Shown piece after piece: positions 54,681 through 64,000 of a stretch of 64,000 bases of DNA. This stretch comes from Octopus sinensis (Eukaryota): positions 5,084,001 to 5,148,000 of the forward strand of contig NC_043017.1 of the NCBI RefSeq assembly GCF_006345805.1, in the 5' to 3' direction. Within the stretch, counting starts at the first letter, position 1; every line of letters begins with the position of its first letter. The notes beneath the pieces were generated by a model, which made no database searches, was not told where the DNA came from, and saw nothing but the letters and a program-made list of their open reading frames with translations. Made by a program: the position numbers and the translations under genes.

Positions 54681-54762
54681 CTAATCCCTGTCTTTTTTTT
54701 TTCTTTCTCTTTTGCAGGTGAGTATTCAATATTTTTACAAGTTTCAATGAGACCAGGTAAAA
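54681..54762 (+). other. Candidate recursive splice site (ratchet point) 2 with 39-nt cryptic RS-exon 54718-54756
   Basis: Branch-point-like CTAAT at 54681-54685, about 28-nt pyrimidine tract, TTGCAG|GTGAGT at 54717/54718, second donor CAG|GTAAAA at 54756/54757. Confidence 0.68.
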
Positions 54763-55294
54763 TTTACAGACATCTAATTGTACCTATGTCAAGTGAAAAG
54801 AAAAAAAAAAGAAAAATTAATTCATTAAGAATTGGCCATTTGCATCATTTAAAATACCTTAACGTGATACTCTAACAGTAAATAAATTACACTTTATAGT
54901 CAAGACTCAACTATGAGCCCACTGCATCTTATAGCAGAAACGGCTGTAAGCCAATGAAGTTCATAAGTTAATAATTTATTCTTTTGTCATATATATATTT
55001 ATATATACATCATCAACATATATGCATGTGTATGTATATATTAGTGTATATATATATGTACGTATATATGTATGTATGTATATATGTATATATGCATACG
55101 TATGTACATATGTGTGTGTATATATATAAGTATGTGTGTGTATGTATGTATGTATATATATATATATATATGTATGTATATATATAAATTCAATTAGAGG
55201 ATGTGTGAACCTCGTGAAGGGATGGTTTCATCCAAGGAAATACTGGTTCAATACCTAGTATTTTGAGGGAATTTAATTTCCTTAGATAATAGGT

Positions 55295-55337
<43 letters not shown>

Positions 55338-55356
55338 ATAGTTTATATTCATTTAA

Positions 55357-55733
55357 AAGAAGAAAAGAAAATGGAGGTTAGGAAGTTAATAATTGTTTAT
55401 TATTAACACAAAATTGGTTGTCTTCACTTACAGCCGTTTCAATTAATACTCAATAAACAATAAATTTACATTAATATTACATGAACACTATATCACCAGA
55501 GGAAAAAGGATGTACATTTGGATGTTATATGGGTGCTTATGAATTCATTTTAGCAGACATATAACATCCAAATGTACATCTTTTTCTCCTCTGATGATAT
55601 GGTGTTCATATAACATAAATGTAAATTTAATGTTTATTGAGCATTAACTGAAACAGCTGTAAGGGAAGATAATTAATTTGCTGTTAATAATAAACAACTA
55701 TTCACTTCCTAATCTCCATTTTCTTTTCTTCTT
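55357..55733. mobile_element. About 175-bp imperfect inverted repeat whose arms contain a type I hammerhead-like motif (Penelope-like inverted pLTR remnant)
   Basis: 55357-55531 pairs with 55558-55733; plus strand 55587-55665: TCCT CTGATGA [long hairpin] GAAAC AGCT GTA AGGG. Confidence 0.7.
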
Positions 55734-55769
55734 ATATGTGTGTGTGTGTGTGTTTCATTTTAGGTTGAT

Positions 55770-55955
55770 TTACAATAAAAACAATTTTACATTAAAGTGA
55801 AGGATTCCACTGTACTTTTGGTAGAGTACATATATTCTTTTACAAGAACAGAGGTGACAGTGCCTTCGAAGTTTTGGCCTGCTGGCCAACATTGGAGTGT
55901 TTGATGAAAGCATGCAGGTTGAAACTTCGAAGTTACTATCACCACCCTTCTTGTA
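55770..55955 (+). repeat. Hairpin-containing interspersed repeat; homolog at about 61970-62175
   Basis: Shared AATTTTACATTAA..TGAA.G.TTCC.CTGTACTT leader and a GACAG..ACTTCGAAGTT-type stem. Confidence 0.7.
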
Positions 55956-56018
55956 AAAATATAACACACATATATATATACATACATATCTACATATGTT
56001 TATGTATATATGTATGTA

Positions 56019-56054
<36 letters not shown>

Positions 56055-59000
56055 TGAGAGGGAGAGACACACACACACACACACATGTACAGATTGTGAA
56101 AAATATTTAAAAACCTGACTCAACTTGTTTATAAATCTTTTATAATTTCTTTTTTTTTTTGTGTGTGTGTCAAGAAATTTGCTAAGTTGAGTGAAATGAG
56201 ATGTGAATTCTAGTTTAATTTTCTTTAGAACACCCACATGCATTCGCATACACACACACTTGCCGCCCTGATAATAATAAGATGATAATAATAATAATAA
56301 TAATAATGATAATAATAATAATAATAATAATAATTTATAGTGAAGGTTCAGTGGTTAGAGTGTCGAGCTTATGATTGTGAGGTTGTGAGTTCGAATCTCG
56401 GACTGGGCTGTGTGTTGTGTTCTTGAGCAAGGCACTTTATTTCTCTTTGCTCCAGTTCACTCAGCTGTAGAAATGGGTTGCGACATCAGTGGTGCCAAGC
56501 TGTATCGACCCCTTTGCCTTTCCCTTGGATAAAATCAGTGGTGGGGAGAGGGGGAGGCTGGTATGCATGGGTGACTGCTGGTCTTCCATAAACAACCTTT
56601 GCTTGGACTTGTGCCTGGGAGGGTAACTTTCTAAGTGCAATCCCACGGTCAGTCATGACCGAAAGGGGTCTCAGCAATAATGTGTGTGTGTGTTTATGTG
56701 TGTATATATATTTGTTGATGTGTTTTTGTTCTTTGATTGTCATCATAACATCAGCATGTGCTGTGAGCTAAACACAACTCTTTATACATTGTATTGTATG
56801 TATAATTACTTAATTATGACTTGCCTAATTAAAACTTATGCTACAAGCAGATAAATAACTAGTGCTAATTAGTAGTGGTGTTGGATTATGTGGGCCAGCC
56901 TCATTATTGTGCTTTTCGTCTGTTTACTGTGTTTATTTAGGGCAAAAGGAGTGGTACAGAAATGGTGACACAACATACTAAATATACTATTACATGCTAA
57001 CATCCTTTCAACTTCTGAGGTTAACTGCTACATCACTCGACTGAGATGGGGGGCGGGCAATAAAATAGGGACCTATCGTGTTCTGCAAATGAATTGGTTT
57101 TTCTGGGCGTGGGTGTGTAGAGGGGCTCAGGCGTGGTGTGTGTGTGTGTGTGTGTGAAGATTGCTTCCCAGTTTGCGTGGTTCTGGGTTCAGTCCCCAGT
57201 GTGTGTGTGTGTGTGTGGCACCATGGGCAAATGTCTTCTACTATAGCTCCAGGTCAACTTTCGAAAGCCTTGTGAGTGTATTTGGTAGGTAGACAGGAAT
57301 TGAAACGAGCCCATCATACAAGTGTGTGTGTGTGTGTGTGTGTGTATATGTATATGTGTGTGTATATGTATGTGTATATGTGTGTGTGTATGTGTGTGTG
57401 TATGTGTGTGTATATGTGTGTGTATGTGTATATGTGTGTGTATGTATGTGTGTATATGTATGTGTATATGTGTGTGTGTATGTGTATATGTGTGTTTATG
57501 TGTGTGTATGTGTATATATGTGTGTGTATGTCTTCTTGTCTTGACTTTGTGTGATAGTTGTAAAAGAAACGTCATCATCCTCTTGCAAGTGCTGTCATTC
57601 ATTTCCCATCTTGCATGGGAACCCGTCTGGTTCATCATCATCATCATCATCATTATCATTATCATTCTTTAATGCTAGCATGAGTTAGGCAGTTTAACCA
57701 GGTCCCAGTCTGATTTGGCCTGCTTTCAACAGCTGGATGCCCTTCCTAATGGTAACCACTCTACAGTGTGTGCTTGGTGCTTTTAATGTGGCAGTGGTAC
57801 ATGTGCCTTTACATAACATCAGCATGAGTTCTGGCACTGACACGGTGCCATTGCAAACCAATCCTCCCCATCAGGAAAAGCAGCATTAACACTTCTGTTG
57901 TGTTGGGGATGGGTCTTCTTGAGTGATCCTTTGTCATCTCTTTTGTAGGGCTCAGTGTCTGGAGGTCATCCTCCAGGGAAATATTACCATATTTTGAAAA
58001 CAGGTGAGGGTTGGCAGCAGGAAGGGCATCAAGCCATAGAAAAATCCACCTCAACAAATTCTGTCCAACCCATGCAAGCATAGAAAAGTGGATGTTAAAA
58101 TTATGATGATGAGGATGGTGATGACTACCTCTAAATGTGTCTGTTAAAACTAGTTATCATCACCAGCCAGGTGCTCTCCCAGTCTCAGTGGGGTGGCTTC
58201 TCAAAGACTCTACAGTTCTGTTTAGACCAGTATTTCTCAGCAATTTTTTTTTTCCTATAGGCCCCTTCAAGCCCTGTTTTACTGGATGGACCCTCATAGT
58301 TATTCAGTGTTGGAAAAAAAATCTTTTTATATTCTTATAATTAAATATTATTAAAAGTTGTATAAAAAAAAAAAATTGATTCATAATTATTTCTTACCCA
58401 TGACCCCGTTTTGTTTCCTGTTTTACTCAGATGGACCCTCATGGCCATTCGATGCTTACAAAATCCCTTTATATTGTACAAAAAATGTTAAAATACTTTG
58501 TGTACTCTTTTACTCTTTTACTTGTTTCAATCATTTGACTGTGGCCAAGCAACTGACAATCAAATCTGTGGTATTGAGCAGAATATTTGCTGTAGGCCAT
58601 CTATTATACCAAGACAAAACAATGTACATGATAACACTTCCAATCAGTTAGACACTTGCCCAAGGTACCATGCAGTGGGACTGAACATGGATCCATGTGG
58701 TTGGGAAGCAAGCTCTCTTACCACACAGCCACAAGCCTTCCACACAGTTTCCCTCTTTCAAATTCACTCTCAAGGCATTGATTGGCTCAGTGGTCTACGG
58801 AAAAAGACACTTGCCGAAAGTGTCATATAGTAGGACTTGAACCTGAAACCAGCTGGTTGCAAAGCAAGCTCCTTAACCACACAGCCACACCTGCCTGAGT
58901 ACATAGGAAAAAAAAAACAAAAATGACAGAGTGGGTGGTCATGACTGGGGTGGCCCTTTGATTGCAAGGTCTGCTAAAACAGTGTTTGATAGCTTGGCCT

Positions 59001-59504
59001 TTGATTACAAGGCCTGCTCCACTAAAAGGACTGACCTTGGGCTAAACACACCAACACTACAGCCACCACACCGTCACCACCTCCACCACCACCACGCCAT
59101 CATCACCACCACCATCACCACCACCTTCATCACCACCACCTTACTGCTATCATACTCTAGTGATGACAATAGAAGGAGAGTCAAGTTCTCTTAATATAAC
59201 CAACTACAACTTAGTAATGCAGCTTAATGAAAGAGAGAGAGAGAGACAGAGAGAGACAGAGTAGTGGGGGGATGTGGAATATTGAGTAGCGGGTAGAGGT
59301 GTGTCTCAATAAGAAAGTGTTTCTCCGATGAAGAAGTAAAGAAAGTGAGAGAGAGAGACAAAAAGAGAGGGGGAGAATGCTATGTTGTTGTAAGTGCAGA
59401 GAGAGAGAGAGAGAGAGAGAGAGTATGTGACCAGCCATCTGTTGCTTACGTTTCTTGAGAGGACATTTGTGTTTATCTAAGTGTTGTTCATCCAGTCATT
59501 GATT

Positions 59505-59536
<32 letters not shown>

Positions 59537-59569
59537 ACACTCTATCTCTTTCTTTCTATCTTTCTATCA

Positions 59570-59600
<31 letters not shown>

Positions 59601-59988
59601 TTTCTCTGTATAGTTTTCCTTTCCTTGATAAATGCAGAGAACTGAGAGAGAGAAAGAGAGGGAAGTTAGGATTGTGTAATATATTGTTCATACACGTGAC
59701 ACTGTACGTGTGTGTGTGTGTGTACGTACATAAGTATGTGGGTGTGTGTACGTATACATATACGTGCACATATGTGTATGTCTGTCTGTTAATTTATGTA
59801 TGTATGTTAAGTATATATGTGTGTGTGTGTATGTATGCATATGTGCACATATGTGTATGTGTGTTTGCATGTATGTATATATGTATATGCATATATGTGC
59901 TCATGTGTGTTTGCATGTGCATATGTATATGCATGTGTGTACATTTGCATACATGTGCACATGTGTATGTGTGTTTGTGTATGTATAA

Positions 59989-60025
<37 letters not shown>

Positions 60026-60399
60026 TGTGTGTGTGTATATACATATGTATGTATAGATATATACATATGTGTATGTGTGTTTGTGTATGTATAAATGTGT
60101 GTATGTATATATATATATGCATGTGTATGTGTATATACATATGTATGTATAGATATATGCATATGTGTATGTGTGTTTGTGTATGTATAAATGTGTGTAT
60201 GTATATATATATATGCATGTGTGTGTATGTACATATGTATGTATAGATATATATATATGTGTGTATGTGTTTGAGACATTATGCAACAGTGTATTATTAA
60301 ATAATTGCATATGTGTGTGTGTGTGCAAGAGAAAGAGGAACTACATTAATGTGTGTGTGTGTGAGTAAGCATATGTGAGTAAGTATGTATATGTGTGTA

Positions 60400-60439
<40 letters not shown>

Positions 60440-60640
60440 AAATATGCAACAGTGTTTTAGCTTGAATGTGGGTGCGTTGACTGAATTACATGTGTGTGTG
60501 TGTGGTGCATGGTTACATATATACATATACATATATACACACACATGTATATGCATACACACATGTCAAGCCATCAGTGCTAATGGTTATTTAGTCAGAA
60601 GAGAGAGAGAGCAACAAGTTTCTATTGACTAAGAAAACAA

Positions 60641-60676
<36 letters not shown>

Positions 60677-60883
60677 TACTACTACCACTGCCATCGCTGC
60701 CACCACCACCACCAGTGACATGACTAGAGAAAAAAGAGAGAGAGAGAGAGACCTCATTGTCAATCAGTCAGTGAATGACCCACCCAGGAACACAGCTAAC
60801 CTCATACATATCTACCTACCTACCGACCTACCTGCCTGCCTACCTGTTTACCTGGCAGTCTTTCCCAGGTAGTTAGATCAACA

Positions 60884-61068
60884 ATGTTAGCAGCATGTTT
60901 GCAGCTGTCCAACAGCACTCCAATGTTGATGTGTCCGAACGTGGCCGAGGAGGTCAATACGTTGACACAACCCGTGGACAAACCTTGGTACGATACATGG
61001 GGTGGCAGCCTGCCGAGGAAGCGACGCAGGCCTTTTGGCACCACAGGTAGCAAAGGGCCTAATCCCAG
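60884..61068 (+). CDS. Candidate first coding exon of an unidentified protein: MLAACLQLSNSTPMLMCPNVAEEVNTLTQPVDKPWYDTWGGSLPRKRRRPFGTTGSKGPNP(R/S), phase 2
   Basis: GC-rich unique island; CAACAATG start context; the ORF stop TGA lies inside donor CAG|GTGAGA at 61069; upstream CTAAC (60796-60800), pyrimidine-rich tract and AG acceptors at 60858 or 60868. Confidence 0.6.
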
Positions 61069-62660
61069 GTGAGAGCATTCTTTTTGCTTTATCTTTTATA
61101 TGAGAAAGAATGACAAACACTTCAGCTTGGTTCTTTGTTTTAGTAGTAGTAGTAGTGGTGGTGGTGGTAGTATGGTTGTAGTGTAGTGGTTGTACTAGTT
61201 GCCATGTGCTGTAGTAGGGGTGATGGTGTTATTGTTGTGAAGAAATATAACACTAACTTCCTTGAAACGTGTTCGATTGAATATACACACCTGTCATAAT
61301 GTTTATATATATATACAGATATATATACACAGACACACACATCTGTATATGTGCATATATATTTATATATACATACATATATTCACATTTGTATGTGTGT
61401 GTATATATCTATATGTACAAACATGTACATCACTTCTGTTTGTGAATGTGTATATTTGTATATATTAATACATATATAAATATATATATATATATATATA
61501 CACATACATCGCATCTGTTTGTAAGTGTGTATATTTTGTATATATTTATACATATATATATACAAATTTTATATATTTATAAATAAGTATATATATAAAC
61601 ACCTGTATGTGTGCATATATATATATATATATGCATACACACACATACACACACATTCGTATGTGTGTATATATTTATATATATATATATATACATACAC
61701 ATACATCACATCTGTTTGTGAATGTGTATATTTGTATATAAACCCATGCTAGCATGGAAAGCGGACGTTAAACGATGATGATACATATATATATAAGCAC
61801 ACATCTGTATGTGTGTGTATATATTTATATATACATGTACATACGTCTGTTTGTGTTTGTATATATTTGTATATATTTATGTAAAAATATATATATATAT
61901 ACAAATGTGTGTCTGTCTGTGTGTCAGTGTTTGTTTTTATTTTCAGTTATAATAATAATAATTAAAAAAAAAGGGTAATTTTACATTAATCTGAACGGTT
62001 CCTCTGTACTTCAGTAAAGTACAAATTTATTATTCTTCAACAAAAATATTACGGACGGACAGCAACTTTTGAAATTTAGGCCAATTAAGCCACCGTTGTT
62101 GTTGTACTGCAGTTTGACAATGACTTAAATGGCCGGAACTTCGAAGTTGCTGTCAATAATAATCTGGTTTAAAAATAATATATTCACACATATAACTAGA
62201 GTCAGAGGGAGAGACAGGATAAAACAGATACATCATACACAATTTGAATATCTATCATTATTGACCAATTAATTGATTATCAAATATTGTTAATTATTTT
62301 TATTGTTATTGTTGTTGCTGCTGCTGCTAATAATAATAATAATAACAGTCCTTTCTACTGGGGGCACAAGGCCACAGATTTGTGGGGAGGGGACTAGTTG
62401 ATTACATCAGTCCCAGTACGCAACTGGTACTTAATTTATGAAAGGCTAGGTTGACCTCGCTCAAATGTTTTTTCACGTGCCACTGGCACAAGTGTCAGGA
62501 AGGAGACGCTGGTAACAATCACACTCGAATGGTGCATTTTATGTGCCACTGGCACAGAAGCCAGTTACCTGCTCTGGCAACGATCACTCTCTTCTGCTAT
62601 AGCCTAAGGCCAACCAAAGTCTTGTGAGTGGATTTGGTAGATGGAAACTGAAAGAAGCCC

Positions 62661-62701
<41 letters not shown>

Positions 62702-62708
62702 GTATATA

Positions 62709-62895
62709 TGGTGAGAATCTACAAAAAAACAAAAGACGAAGACAGGTGTGTAAACAACAAACAGATGTATTAGTTTAACGATCGGGAAGTGAGAAAGTCT
62801 TTTACATTTTGAGCCTATGCTTTTCGACAGAAAGGAACACAGAAATAAACAGGGAGAGAAAATAGAAAAAGGTTTAGTGGCTAGCAATCTACCAT
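62709..62895 (-). mobile_element. Hammerhead-like element subfamily A nested in the internal (TA)n of a SINE S1 (about 62590-63172)
   Basis: Minus strand of 62799-62834: CTTT CTGTCGA A AAGC ATAG GCTC AAAAT GTA AAAG; S1 halves lie on both sides. Confidence 0.65.
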
Positions 62896-63284
62896 TGCGA
62901 ATTCATATATATATATATATATATATATACATGCGTGTATGTATGTATGTATGTATATATTTGTGGGGGTGTGTTTATGTTTGTCCCCACCTCCATCACT
63001 TGACAACTGATGCTGGTGTATTTATGTCCCCGTAACTTAGCGGTTTGGCAAAAGTGACTGATAGAACAACTACCAGACTTACAAGGTATAAATCCTGGTG
63101 TCATTTTCTTTGGCTAACACTTTTTAAGACAGTGCTCCAGCATGGCCGCAGTCAAATGACAGAAACAAGTAAAAAAAAAATGTAAAAAGGAATAATGATA
63201 ATAATGATAACATAGGCACAAAGCCAGAAATTTGGCGGGAGAAACCAGTTAATTAAAATTACACCTGACCCAACCTGTTATTTG

Positions 63285-63288
<4 letters not shown>

Positions 63289-63322
<34 letters not shown>

Positions 63323-63813
63323 GTAATGACAACAAAAGTAGTTTTCACATTAGTATGGTGGGGATGGGGAAGAATAAATTGTAGAGGAACATTCATAGTG
63401 AAGGAAGACTGACAGCACTTTTAGTACCATTGTTGTCTACTAGCACAAGGATTGAATACTAAGCGGTTATTTGTTGTTGACACTGCGGCACAAAGTTGGG
63501 CTGAGTGGGGTTTGAACTCTGCGTAGGCATGGCTGTGTGGTAAGAAGCTTACCACCACGGCGAGCTGGCAGAAACGTTAGCACGCCGGGCGAAATGCTTA
63601 GCGGCATTTAGTCTGCCGTTATGTTCTGAGTTCAAATTCCACTGAGGTCGACTATGCCTTTCATCCTTTCGGGGGTCGATAAATTAAGTACCAGTTACGC
63701 ACTGGGATCGATGTAATCGACTCGATCCCTTTGTCTGTCCTTGTTTGTCCCCTCTATGTTTGCCGCTAAGGATTTCGTCAATCTTCACATTCCAAGTTCA
63801 AATGATGATGATG

Positions 63814-63852
<39 letters not shown>

Positions 63853-64000
63853 GTAATGACAACAAAAGTAGTTTTCACATTAGTATGGTGGGGATGGGAA
63901 GAATAAATTGTAGAGGAACATTCATAGTGAAGGAAGACTGACAGCACTTTTAGTACCATTGTTGTCTACTAGCACAAGGATGAATACTAAGCGGTTATTG
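63289..64000. repeat. Direct duplication (about 63289-63470 repeated from about 63816 to the window end, offset about 530) with SINE fragments between
   Basis: TAGTAATGACAACAAAAGTAGTTTTCACATTAG...CTAAGCGGTTAT present twice, each after (AAT)n. Confidence 0.9.

Noticed and set aside
4660-60368. Numerous YI/CV/HT-repeat ORFs across the window
   Set aside because: Translations of (TA)n/(CA)n dinucleotide arrays, with no splice or coding signals
60820-61053. Minus-strand ORF MLPVVPKGLRRF... with CAG|GTAAAC donor
   Set aside because: No minus-strand acceptor or pyrimidine tract upstream; the plus-strand reading has better start, acceptor and donor signals

Overview
AT-rich, microsatellite-saturated eukaryotic DNA. 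The repeat landscape (several tRNA-derived SINE families, (TA)n/(CA)n/(ATT)n/(ATC)n arrays, mariner and hAT relics) resembles an octopus/cephalopod genome; the taxon is inferred, not verified. Nearly all ORF-track entries are microsatellite or SINE artefacts, and no complete gene is present. The window reads best as intronic sequence of one very large plus-strand gene. Main signals: (1) two strong polypyrimidine-YAG|GTRAGT sites about 50.6 kb apart (4089/4090 and 54717/54718), each followed 39-40 nt later by a second CAG|GTAA donor, the architecture of recursive-splicing ratchet points with cryptic RS-exons; (2) candidate plus-strand exons at 15704-15837, 42655-42716 and about 60869-61068; (3) a dispersed family of short elements inserted in (TA)n that carry minimal hammerhead-ribozyme-like motifs with compensatory stem changes, plus long inverted repeats in (TA)n, both typical of Penelope-like retroelement remnants; (4) Dong/R4-like LINE 3' ends in (TAA)n; (5) four near-identical local duplications that break in microsatellites; (6) a 180-bp higher-order repeat. 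All coordinates were read by eye; repeat boundaries are approximate.
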